Positions 40,033-52,181 of a stretch of DNA of 64,000 nucleotides are shown one piece after another. Each line of letters starts with the position of its first letter. Position 1 is the stretch's first letter. The notes below the pieces were generated by a model. It was not told the origin of the DNA, did no database searches, and was given only the letters and a program-made list of their open reading frames with translations. The DNA is taken from positions 97,216,001 to 97,280,000 of the forward strand of contig NC_043003.1 of the NCBI RefSeq assembly GCF_006345805.1, written 5' to 3'. Position numbers and translations under genes: made by a program. The stretch is from Octopus sinensis. Lineage: Eukaryota.

Positions 40033-41736
40033 TAATCCAAACATGAAAACACAAGAGAAAACACAACAACGCGAAGACGTGGAACAAATATAGTATTATT
40101 GGACGCTCAGGAAGCTCTTTGTCAGAAACATAGGAAAGGGAAAGATCCAGAGAAGGGAAGACGGAGGAAAAAAAAATCGCCAACGGTACACACGCGGTCA
40201 CATTAACGAGCTTCCATACAGTTTCCGTCCACCGAATCAACTCACAACGTATTGGTTGGCCTGGAGTTATAGTAGAAGAAAAACTTGTACAAGGTGCCGC
40301 ACTGTGGGACTGAACCCGAAACCACATGGTTGAACAGCTTCTTACCCACAGATGAATCTGTATGTATAAAATTTAATTTGGGCATTTATCTATATATGCA
40401 TGTTACATGCATTCATATGCATAAATATACAATGATAGTATGTGTACACGATTTACACGTAAGTTTAAACGTTAAACTGTTTATATATAATAGATATATA
40501 TATATTGTCTATCTCTATACATGTTTCTTCATGTTTCCTTTTCATGTCCTTTTTTTTTTAAACATCGTCTATCATTTATTTCAAACTATACCACGTTTGT
40601 AGCTTTCTCTTATTCCCCAAGTATTAATGTTCTATACAAGCTGACTTTCTTTTAAAAAAGATACACGATTTGAAGCAATTGTACAACAATTAGGTATTTA
40701 TTAATACAAATTTTATTCACTTTACATTTTTTCGAGAATTAGTATGTATGGATGGCTGTGTATGTATGCATGTGCAAGTATGTATATATGTGTGCGTATA
40801 CGTGTATACATACATACATACAGCTTTAATTATGTATGCTTTTTTTTTCTTTCTTCGCCGATTCATTGTCAAGAAGAGCATATGCTCGAAATGTAAAAGA
40901 CTTTTTCTTCTATTTTTTGTCTGGGCGTAAGCCTAATACACTCCGTTTTCTTTTTGACTTCGTTTTTGTATTCTTTATCATTTCGGCTCTATAACTATAT
41001 ATATAATTATAAGAAAGTTTTTCTGCATGTTTGATCACATATTGTGATGCTGTACAAAACGCGTCACGACATACGTGACATGCCTTCATACAGCGTGAAA
41101 CACGTACAAACAACACATAAGCGCTGAAAGGTTATTACCAATACATCAGGACAGGCACGTACGTATTCACCGAAAACCATATATGTGTATATATGTATGT
41201 ATGAGTGAATGTATGTATGTATGTATGTATGTATGTATGTATGTATGTATGTATGTATGTATTTATGTATGTATTTATGTATGTATTATGTATGTATGTA
41301 TGTATGTATGTATGTATGTATGTATGTATGTGTGTGCGTATGTATGAATGTATGTATGTATTATGTATGTATGTATTATGTATGTATGTATTATGTATGT
41401 ATGTATTTTGAATGTATGTATGTATGTATGTATGTATTATGTATGTACGTATGTATGTATGTATGTATGTATGTTTGTATGTATGTATGTATTATGTATG
41501 TATGTATTATGTAGGTATGCATGTATTATGTATGTATGTATGTATTATGTATGTATGTATTTATTATGTATGTATGTATGTATATATGTATGTATGTATG
41601 TATATATGTATGTATGTATGTGTGTGGGTGTACGTATTCACCGAAAACTGTATATGTGTGTTTATGTGTGAAAAAGTATAGAATATTAGGGAAAATTTTG
41701 ATGCAACAACTCTTAAGTAATTTAATTTAATACATA

Positions 41737-42138
41737 GGCGTAGGAGTGGCTGTGTGGTAAGTAGCTTGCTTACCAACCACATGGTTCCGGGTTCAGTCCC
41801 ACTGGGTGGCACCTTGGGCAAGTGTCTTCTACTATAGCCTCGAGCCGACCAAAGCCTTGTGAATGGATTTGGTAGACGGAAACTGAAAGAAGCCCGTCGT
41901 ATATATGTATATATATATATATGTGTGTGTGCTTGTGCGTCTGTGTTTGTCCCCCAACATCGCTTGACAGTCGATGCTGGTGTGTTTACGTCCCCGGTTC
42001 GGTAAAAGAGAATGATAGAATAAGTATTAGGCTTACAAAGAATAAGTCCTGGGGTCGATTTGCTCGACTAAAGGCGGTGCTCCAGCATGGCCACAGTCAA
42101 ATGACTGAAGCAAGTAAAAGAGTAAAAGAGTAAAGAGT
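41737..42138 (+). mobile_element. SINE family B
   Basis: Full head to taaaagag tail. Confidence 0.88.
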
Positions 42139-42858
42139 ATACACTGGTCTAATTAGAAAGCATTTTCAGTTTACTTCTTAAAAAACACTTTTTACAATTT
42201 TTTTTCTTTTGTGATTAACCTGAAATTGGAGATAAGTGTAATAAGTATAATTTCAGTTATATGTAACCTAGATTTTCACCTTTTCTTGTCATTCTTTCTG
42301 TTTTCATCTTTTCTTTTTTTTTCTTTTTGCCTTTTTCATCTGAATTTGATGTCTATTTTGGGGGGGGGTGGCCTTTTTAATTGTAATTTTACAATCATTC
42401 GATTATCTATAGACAATTTTGAGCTAGAGCTAATTAGTAAATTAAAGCAGAGGCTTTGCACGGCGCAGGGATAATAAAGTTACCCGCTCGATGTATTTTG
42501 TTTGGTTTTTTTTAATAATATTTACATTGTTTGTAGCTTTTATTTTCAGTTATTTATTCGATAATTGCTGATATAATTCAACAATCGAATATTTTAAGTT
42601 ATTTCAAACTTCTAACCTTATATATCCTACACACACAAACATACACATACGTAGCTACATGCGCACGCACGCACACACAAACGCACACACACACACACAA
42701 ACACACATATGTATGTGTGTATGTGCATAGATGGCTCATTGGCTGGCTGGCTGGCTGGCTGGCTGGATGGATGGATGGATGGATGGATGGATGGATGGAT
42801 GGATGGATGAATGTATGCAAACATATACAGGCATACAGGTACACACAAAGTCACACAT

Positions 42859-42904
<46 letters not shown>

Positions 42905-42917
<13 letters not shown>

Positions 42918-43285
42918 GGCAGTTTGTCTGTGCGTGTTTCTGTGTGTCTGTTTGCTTGTACCCTCACCCTGACCACGGCTTTCAACCGATTCTGATGAAA
43001 CTTGACACACACATAGCCCAATGTCATAATTCAAAACTAACGCAGCCAAAATTTTGAAAAGTTTCCCCAGTTCTGAAAAAAATCGATAAATTCGACATGG
43101 GGTCGAGAATCAGAAACACGAACCACAAACTGTCTAGGGGACGCAACTCCATCCTTTTTTAACTCTCAAAAAAAAATTTACCATCATTTTTTTCCATTTT
43201 TTTGCTATTTTTTGGCTATAACTCTCTAAAAATGCTTTATAGTTATTTCCCTTACAAACCTGAGCAACGCCGGGCGATACTGCTA

Positions 43286-43286
<1 letters not shown>
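42905..43286 (+). mobile_element. Short non-autonomous Helitron
   Basis: Begins in TATATATAAA; ends with hairpin cctgagcaacgccggg, about 8 nt, then CTAG followed by T. Confidence 0.7.
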
Positions 43287-43329
<43 letters not shown>

Positions 43330-44452
43330 GAATACAAAAGTGGGACAAGAACGCAAAATATCCAGACAGACGATGCAAAAAGGGACAAGAAAAAACAAGG
43401 ACGAGTCATTCAGAGTTTTCTTTCCTCAGTCGACTTCCAGATTATCTTTGCAATTTCGGCTGGTTATACTCGTGATTGCTTCAATCAGGCCAGTCCCAAG
43501 GAAAAAACTAAGCTAGCAGCACAAGATTCCTTGGAAGCAAGCAGTGAATGTATACAAAAACAAGGACGGAAAAAAAACGGAGAACTGGTACACAAATGCA
43601 AATAAGAGGACATAACAACGGGTGTCTTTCGACTAAGTACGAATTAAATTAAGCTGGCGTGAGTGGAAGTGAAGCCTTACGGCAGGGACATGAGAGATTA
43701 CGGGCACGGAGAGGAATATAGATGTTGCACGGATGGTAGTCGAACCAAGAAAGAAAGGTCAGACTTGGCCGAACACCGGTCAAGTGAAGAGAGAGGAGAG
43801 ATGTAGAGGCAGAGGGATAGAAGAATTAGGGAGTGCGAGAAAAAAGAAAAGGGATCGAGTGAAGTGAAAGAAGAGGGAAGGTGAGAATGAAGAGAAAGCC
43901 AGAAAATGTGAGAGAGGGGGAACGAAAGAAAGAAAAGTGGACAGAACGAAATAAATGTGAAGGGGCTGATAGAAATAAAGAAAGAATGAAAGAATGAAAG
44001 AATAAGGTAGTCGTACAAAATTTAGATATATATATGTATTTATATATACGAGACCAAAGTGCAGTGTGTGGGTGTTTGACGATATATATATATATATGTA
44101 TGTATGTATGTATGTATGCATGTATGTATGTATGTATGTATGTATGTATGTATGTATAAATATAGTTGAAATTTATAGAATAACAATAGACAAAGCCAGG
44201 TGTATGAACACCAAACAGGCATATTAGCCTACGCTCTTCAACGCTCTGTTTATTTTCTCTTATTTCTTTCTTTTGAAGAGCGTAGGCTAGTACGCCTGCT
44301 TGTTGTTCATACACCTGTCTGAACAGGTGTATGAACAACAAGCTCCGCTCCAAACGTTAAACCCTCCTTCTTTCCTTCTTTCCTGAGCATCCAATAATAC
44401 TATACTTGTACCACGTCCTCGCGTTGTTGTGTTTTCATGTTTGGATTAACTT

Positions 44453-44539
<87 letters not shown>

Positions 44540-45324
44540 CATCTTAGGGAATAATAAGTATTCCAGGTTATCAGAACATTTACTATTTTATACATTACTT
44601 ATGCAATGTAAACAGTATCATTTCTAATATTATTACGAATTTAGGATTTTACCAATAGAACCGCAACTCCTATTTCAGGATAACCTTATTGTATGGAATA
44701 CACATAGAAAGTTATATCCAATAAAATAGTATAAGCATTTGATAAACCTACTATAAAATACAATAAAATTATTAGAAAAATATTTGAAAAAATCTATATA
44801 ACTTGCCTGTTATTAGTCTGTGGGGAAAGAAGATATTTTTAATCAACGCTACACGTATTTATCTTATTATTTTTAACGGATCAAAGTTAAAAATACATAT
44901 TATAAGTCATATTAAATAGAAAATTATGAATATGAATACAAATATAATAAAATAAATATATAATAAAAATATATAAATTACAAATATAATTTTTAAAAAT
45001 TAAAATATTAAACAAGTTAAAAAATATTTTTAATCAAAAATGTTAAACACCTAAAATTACAATGCCGATAGATATAGAAATTGCTAAACCTAAGAAATGA
45101 GTAGGAGTAAACATCATGTCGACAAGTATTCTTCCTTTGTTAACTTTTTTACTAGATTTTTTTAATAGTTTTATTCAATAAATTTATAACGTATATAGTG
45201 GTTTTTACTAAATAATCTTTTTAAGTACTATTAACTTACGCTTAACATAAAACATGGTAATTTATACTTGTATAGATAGGGGTAAATCTTACACTAAATT
45301 ATTAATTCCTGTAATGTTTATATA

Positions 45325-46604
45325 TTGGGTTGGCAACTAAGTTCCCGCCGTTTTTTTTTAATTTTGGAATTTATTGCGTTTTTAAATTTTGGATTCTTTT
45401 TTTTTTTTTCGAGAATTCTATTTTTGAATAATTTTAGAATCTTTTTTTCTAGTTAATTTTAGTTAATTTTTGTTTATTTTCAGATGATAAAAATGGAGTC
45501 TCAAGTTAAGAAAAACGAACATTTTCGACACCTCCTTCTTTTTGCTTTTAATCAAGGTTCTAAGGTCACAAAAGCTGCTCGCAACATTTGTGCTGTGTAT
45601 GGAGAGGGTGCCATAGCTGAAAGGACCGTTCCTAGTTGGTATGTCAAGTTCAAAAATGGAAATTTTGACCTCAAAGACGCACCTCGTTCTACCCGTCCAG
45701 TTGAGTTCAATGAAGAGCGATTAAACCAACTTTTTGCACGAAAATTCTCGTCAAACGACAAGGGAATTGGCAGAGAAAATGGAATGCTCCTACACTGCTA
45801 TAGAGAAGCATCTTCACTCGATGATAAAGGTTCAAAAGTATAGAGCATGGGTTCCGCATGCTTTAAGTGACAACAACAAAAATCAACGTGCCACAATCTC
45901 CGCTGGTTTGCTTGCTCGCCACCGCTCAACTCATGGACACAAACAACGATTTCTTTACCAAATCGTTACTGGCGACGAAAAATGGTACCTGTACATCAAT
46001 ATGAAGCAGCGTAAGGAATGGCTTAGCCCTGGTAAACAAGCGACATCGCACGTGGAGCAAGATCTTCATCCGCGTAAAACGATGTTGTGCGTATGGTGGG
46101 ACTGGGAAAGGATTATCCATTGCGAATTGCTTGAACGGAACCAAACGGTCAACACGGAACTCTATGTTCAACAGATAGAACGACTCAACACGGCTATTCA
46201 AGAGAAAAGACCTAATCGGCAGAATGGAGTTCTTCTGCTGCATGACAACGCCCGCCCTCATATCGCCAATATGACCAAGGAAGCCATTCAAATGCATGGC
46301 TGGGAAGTTCTGCCACACCCGCCGTAGTTTGTTGATTTGGCACCAACGGATTTCCACCTCTTTCTATCTCTTTCAAATGCTATGCGCGGAGTTTCGTTTC
46401 ATACTGATACAGAATTGAGAGCTTGGTTCGAGTCGAAATCGGGTGATTTCTACCAACGAGGTATTGAAAATCTTGTTGAACGTTAAGAATAAGTTGTAAA
46501 CAACAAGGGTGAATACATTATTGATTAATTAGTTGTTATTTTTTATTAAACCTTTTAAAAGAATTAAATTTTACAAAACGGCGGGAACTTAGTTGCCAAC
46601 CCAA
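45325..46604 (+). mobile_element. Full-length mariner transposon with pseudogenised transposase (45496-46528)
   Basis: Perfect 30-bp TIRs ttgggttggcaactaagttcccgccgtttt and TA TSDs. MESQVKKNEHFRHLLL, WVPHAL, IVTGDEKW, LHDNARPH, HPP*FVDLAPTDFHLF, GEYIID*; frameshift near 45733 and in-frame stops. Confidence 0.96.
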
Positions 46605-46852
46605 TAGATAGGTTGTAGGATTTGATGTGTTTATAATATAGTCGTTGAGGGTTTCCTTAGATTTAGCATTTTCTATATGTATAGGTATTGTAATTTTAGG
46701 TGTCTAATTTTTTAATTTTTAATTTTTTAAAGAATATATTTGTAATTTATATATTTTTATTTTATTATATTTGTATTCATATTCTTATTTTCTTTTTAAT
46801 ATGACTTATAATATGTATTTTTAACTTTGATCCGTTAAAAATAATAAGATAA

Positions 46853-46936
46853 ATAGCCTGAGGACGCACTGGTGGATTTATGTATTACGTATAGCCTTTA
46901 TAAATTCCTCACCAGTGCAGAAACACGTGTAGCGTT
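46853..46936 (+). ncRNA. Hammerhead ribozyme motif in the right arm of the long inverted repeat
   Basis: GC-CTGAGGA-c-GCACTGGTG...CACCAGTGC-a-GAAA-C(ACGT)G-TA-GC. 9-bp stem II, palindromic stem III CACGTG, GUA site (cut after 46931); stem I is weak. Confidence 0.7.
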
Positions 46937-47621
46937 GATTAAAAATATCTTCTTTCCCCACAGACTAATAACAGGCAAGTTATATAGATTTTTTTCAAAT
47001 ATTTTTCAAATAATTTCATTGTATTTTATAGTAGGTTTATTAAATACTTATACTATTTTATTGGATATAACTTTCTATGTGTATTCCATACAATAAGGTT
47101 ATTCTGAAATTTGTAATAATGTATGTGTGTGTAATGGAATATACCAAAAATAGTATAGAATATATAAAAGTTAAGAAGGCATAAAAAAGGGAAGAAGCAT
47201 TTGCAAGATGAGAAATAACGGAATCGGTGGGAGTAAGGGAGTGATATTTGTTTACAAATTTATTTGAGATGTGAAAGGGAAGTAGCGAAAGAACTGAAAG
47301 GGATAAGGCGGTGATAAAGATGTAAAGGAAGAAACAATAAAAGATTAATAGTTCTAAAGGATTGAGCAATGAGGAAATGAAAAGGGGTAAAATGGTAGGA
47401 TGGAAAATGAAAATTGATGGTATAATTCTGTGGGAATAGATGAGTTCATTGTTGAAGCGTTCTGTAAGTCCTTTTGCTATATTGAATGGCGTGTTGTTGT
47501 CTTTGGTCTAGTGGTGACAGCGATAGTTGCAGTTATAGTTCCAGCATTCTATTGTTTCTTAAACCTTTATGTTTACTAAATATCTCACATCTTGTATTTG
47601 AGTACATGTTGGATGTATGTA

Positions 47622-47829
47622 CGAGAAGATACTGTAAAGTTCCTGGTTTCAGGTAAAACAAAATAGACGAGGATCTGTTAGTTATGATTTTACTCAACAT
47701 ATTTTCCTCTCAGATCTACACACAGTCCTTCAGTTTTTCTAAGCCCTGTGAAAGAACCCCGAAGGTTGGGCCTCCAACCAGGCCTTTCGTGATACCCAGA
47801 AAACCAGGAACTTTTCAGTACCCCCCTTG
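47622..47829. mobile_element. Mariner-type MITE
   Basis: Imperfect TIRs cgagaagatactgtaaagttcctggttt / aaaccaggaacttttcagtaccccccttg; TA on the left. Confidence 0.65.
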
Positions 47830-47879
47830 CAGAGAATGAGACACTTCACAGCTTTGCAAATATATCATTATTTATTCGC

Positions 47880-48570
47880 ATTTTTTACATAATTCAGACC
47901 TTTCTGATATTCTCTACTTTATAATTGTCACTATCTTTTAATACCCAGAAGCGAATTTATACGAGTAGTTTTGTGCTTTCTTTCCAGTATATCAAAATGT
48001 AGTAGTGTGGTTGAAATTGCCTTTTTCATGCCACTTATATACCGATTTTGTTCAGTATTGGTTGTAGGTCCAGCTGAGATAACTTCAGCTTCGTATACAA
48101 CTGCTTGTACGTTGCAGAATATGTTTAAGTCATATGTTCGAGTTTCTGAAGTGTCTAAGGATTTCTATATTGTTCCTCGGGGTTCATGTTTGTAGTTTTT
48201 TTTAATGTTTGTGGTTGAACTGAAACAGAGGGTTAAGTCATCTTAGTTAAATACATTTCTGTATTTGTGGCGTGTAGAGAGGGATTTATCTACTAATGCT
48301 AAAATGTTTTCGTTATGCTTGACATACCGTTAATTGAAAATGGGTTTGTAAACTATAAACTCATACACCTTCACTTTATGATTTATTTTTATGGAGTATA
48401 TTGGGTGCATCAACTTCTCTTTGAATCTGCTTGCTTCTAAAGCCGTTTCGTAGAATGGTACGGCGTTACAAATATTTCCCTCTTGGATGAGAAACTGGAT
48501 AGTCTTCTAGTCATATTATTTACCAGGGCTTTTAATTGTGTCTGTGCATGGCAAGGTCCTTTGCTATAGG
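47880..48570 (-). mobile_element. Decayed Penelope-like element: RT thumb and GIY-YIG endonuclease
   Basis: Manual minus-strand translation: CHAQTQLKALVNNMTRRLSSFSSKREIF, AVPFYETALEASRFKEKL, LALVDKSLSTRHKYRNVFN..LTLCFSSTTNI, then AVVYEAEV...RYISGMKK (GIY...YIG-like). Confidence 0.65.
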
Positions 48571-48792
48571 ACCGCCATATTTAGTTGGCAAATATATAAA
48601 ATTAATAATCTTTAACATAATAAAATCTTTTTTTTTTCTCAAATATTGTGATTGCATCAAAAATTGTTTCTAATACATTTATTTATGTATATGCGTGTAA
48701 GTATATGTAAGTAGGCACAGATGCAAATTTGTGCACACATATCTAATATTTTTGCATGCTTAAGAATTTTATATTTCATTCTTTTATTCCAG

Positions 48793-49140
48793 GTGATGTA
48801 TGCCAGATACGGCCGTGCTGCCCACGCAGTGTTTTGCGTTTTTGCTTTAATGACAAATCTGATCATCACGATTGGTGTCATTTTGGCTGGTCAAGCAACA
48901 ATCAAGTCCCTGACGAAGGATGCTTCTGATGAGTTTTCAATAATCATCATGGCTACACTGTTTGGTTCTTATTCTCTCATAGGAGGACTAGGTACAACAT
49001 TCTATGTATCCTACTTCAACGCCTGCCTGGTCTTCGTGCTGCTTATCATATTTGTAGCGAAGATCTTCTTTGTGAGTGATGAAAGATACTCGGCCATTGG
49101 TAGCATGGAGACTATGTATGATGCAATCATATGCTTAAAG
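48793..49140 (+). CDS. DUR3: DUR3-like transporter exon
   Basis: cttttattccAG acceptor, AAG|GTAAGA donor, 348 nt, phase 0/0. Encodes VMYARYGRAAHAVFCVFALMTN...YSLIGGLGTTFYVSYFN (SSS-family RYG and Y...GGL..TF motifs). Confidence 0.93.
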
Positions 49141-49636
49141 GTAAGATCCTCTCCGTTTTTATTTGCTTGTGAGGCTTTCAGTAAATGTTTATAATTGTTT
49201 TAACTCCTCTTTCACTCTGTAAATGAAAATATAAAATGAAAGCATTTAGTCGCTGGAGCATAAACAAGAGAGGGAGTCTTGTGTTGAAACAGTTTTGTCA
49301 TAAGTGATTAGGCTGTGAGTTATAACAAATTCGGGAAGGCAGAATATACGGAAATGAAGCGTATTCGTTTACCCTGTTACTGCTTTACGTCACTAAATTG
49401 CAACCATTCTGGAAACTGTCTTCAACTATTTTGGTCGATAATATCAGTATTTCAGTCTACTATTTTAGAAGACTTTATTTATCGAATTATCAAGTTTAAA
49501 TGTTTTGTCAAAAAGACCAGTAACAATACATACACTGATAAACATACATAAACATAAACACAGGCACATAAGATAAGACACATTAACACGCATATACACA
49601 CGCACGAGCGTGCGTGTGTATGTATGTATATACATA

Positions 49637-50640
49637 CCAGGTTGAGTCAAATTTTTCGTATTTCAAGCTTTAATTAGTAGTTCAAACAAATTACACGCGA
49701 AAAGCGTTTATTCATCAAAATATATTATCCCAACATACTCTACTGTCTGTTGTTATCATTATGCCAGAAGCTCAATTCCACACTTCAGCTATTTGGCTAG
49801 TTTAGAGACAAAAACTCCCTGCACTTGTTTTCCATCTGTGCTGGAAATTAACCATGGCTTGGAAAAGGTGATGATCTGATGCTGCAAGGTATGGACTGCA
49901 GGTAGAATGAAACAGTACTCCCTGCTACTGAGGTTCATCAAGTTTGCGCTTGGTCACTTTGGCAGTGTGTGCTGGGGTATTGTTATGTTGTAGGAGTGTG
50001 CGTAATCGATTGACCAATGCATGGTAGTGGGCTTCCAAAGCATTATATACTCACTGCGATTGTTGAGCATAAAGGTTAGCGTTCAGAGCATAATTATCTG
50101 GGCCAAGCTCAAAGTGCAACACCCCCTTGAAATTCCACCAAACACAAAGCATGACCTTCTGTTCAAACCGCCTTTGTTTGGCAACAGATTGTGAAGCCTG
50201 GCCGAAGTGAAATCGCTGATTTCTATTTTTAAGGCTACAAAAATAAATCCATTTTACATTCCAGTTAGAATTCGACACCAAACACGAGTATCTCGAGGAT
50301 TTACCAGCAGTTGTTTGCAATTGTTCACACATGGTTGAGCCAGGTTATTAATCAGCTCATTAGGAGCTTCTCGGCGGCATCTTTTCACGAAGCCGAGCTT
50401 ATGTAGATGACGATTGAGAGATTTTGTGAAGGACCAAGTTCTGAAAACAATATATGAGTCCATGTGCCTAGTTACCGTTCGGCTATTTCAAGGAGGATCT
50501 TATCTTCCGCCACAAAAGTTCTCCCTGACCTTGGTTTGTCTTCGAGGCTGGTGCCACCTTCCTTGATACATCCGAACTAGTTTTGTACCACTCGTTTGTT
50601 GACAGTTCCTGGGCCTTCCACATCATTATTAATTTTTTTA
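49637..50640 (-). mobile_element. Heavily decayed mariner transposase
   Basis: ORF fragments LNRHLHKLGFVKR and QKVMLCVWWNFKGVLHFEL...LNANLYAQQ; boundaries approximate. Confidence 0.75.
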
Positions 50641-50685
50641 CGCTGCCATGTTGTTATTCAGCGCAGAGCTCTTCATGTTGATAAT

Positions 50686-50969
<284 letters not shown>

Positions 50970-50973
50970 CCAG

Positions 50974-51262
50974 GGTCCTGAAGCCAACGAACAAAACAGC
51001 TTTTTAACGTTTCGGTCGTCTGTGGCTCTTTTATACGGTGTCATTGAAATTTTTGTCTCGTCTGCCGTAACTTTCTGCGACCAGGCCTCTTGGCAAAGTC
51101 GTATCGCCGCTAAACCTGCCCAAGGAGTATGGGGATTTATATTAGCTGGTTTTATGTGGTTCTCCGTCCCAGCCTGTATGGCTACAACCACCGGAATGGC
51201 TTATCTCGCGCTCAGCTCAAAAAATGGAACGCATATGCTTTCAGTTGCCGAAATTGATGAAG
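50974..51262 (+). CDS. DUR3: DUR3-like transporter exon
   Basis: ttcCAG acceptor, G|GTTTGT donor (phase 1). Encodes GPEANEQNSFLTFRS...VTFCDQASWQSRIAAKPAQGVWGFILAGFMWFSVP, matching DUR3 N..GS.LT..S and F.DQ.YW...IAA.P....G..L.G..WF..P. Confidence 0.92.
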
Positions 51263-51527
51263 GTTTGTGATCTCAATCATTCTTTTATCTCTTTCTGTTA
51301 TTTATTTCAGTCATTGGATCACGGCCATGCTGGAATGCCACTTTGAAGTGCTTAGTCGAACAATCGACTTAGTACTTATTTGTAAATTGCTCTCTTTAAC
51401 CAAGCCGGTACATAAAATATCCAATACTAGTTATCAAGCGGAGATAACAAACACAAAGACGCACATACATTCACTCAAACACACGCACACACACAGACAC
51501 ACATACATATACACACATAGACACACA

Positions 51528-51566
<39 letters not shown>

Positions 51567-51660
51567 GTGTATGAGTCGTCTAAAAGACCCTAAGTCAGGG
51601 AAAAGACGCACTCGTATATCTGTCAGTAGAGTGGGTGTATTAAATAACCATCACGGCTGA

Positions 51661-51741
51661 TCTTACCAATCGGTTTCGCGTAAAGAATACAATGGAGAGT
51701 TAGGTAACAATCCGATTATATAACTTTACGCTCATCAGAGA
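51661..51741 (-). ncRNA. Type I hammerhead ribozyme, canonical core
   Basis: Minus strand TCT-CTGATGA-GCGTAAAG...CTTTACGC-GAAA-CC(GATT)GG-TA-AGA. 8-bp perfect stem II, 3-bp stem III, GUA triplet. Confidence 0.82.
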
Positions 51742-51922
51742 AACCGATTGGTAAGATCAGCCGAAATGGATATTTAATGCTATACATTTCGGATATGATT
51801 CGGATAAGATATATGTGCGTGTGTGTGTGTGTATGTGTGTATGTGTGTGCGTGTGCGTGAATACATACATATATATATATATATATAATATATATATATA
51901 TATTATATATATATATATATAT

Positions 51923-51959
<37 letters not shown>

Positions 51960-52026
51960 TATGCATATACATATGTACATATACATATATATATGTATAT
52001 ATATGTACACACACACACATACATAC

Positions 52027-52095
<69 letters not shown>

Positions 52096-52096
52096 C

Positions 52097-52181
<85 letters not shown>

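Larger units (their letters stand above)
44680..47103. repeat. Long inverted repeat (arms about 44680-45097 and 46654-47103) enclosing a mariner
   Basis: For example taaccttattgtatggaatacacatagaaagttatatccaataaaatagt versus actattttattggatataactttctatgtgtattccatacaataaggtta. Confidence 0.85.

Noticed and set aside
43440-43510. Minus-strand ...ccagccGAAATTGCAA hairpin element
   Set aside because: No CUGANGA-like core at the right position.
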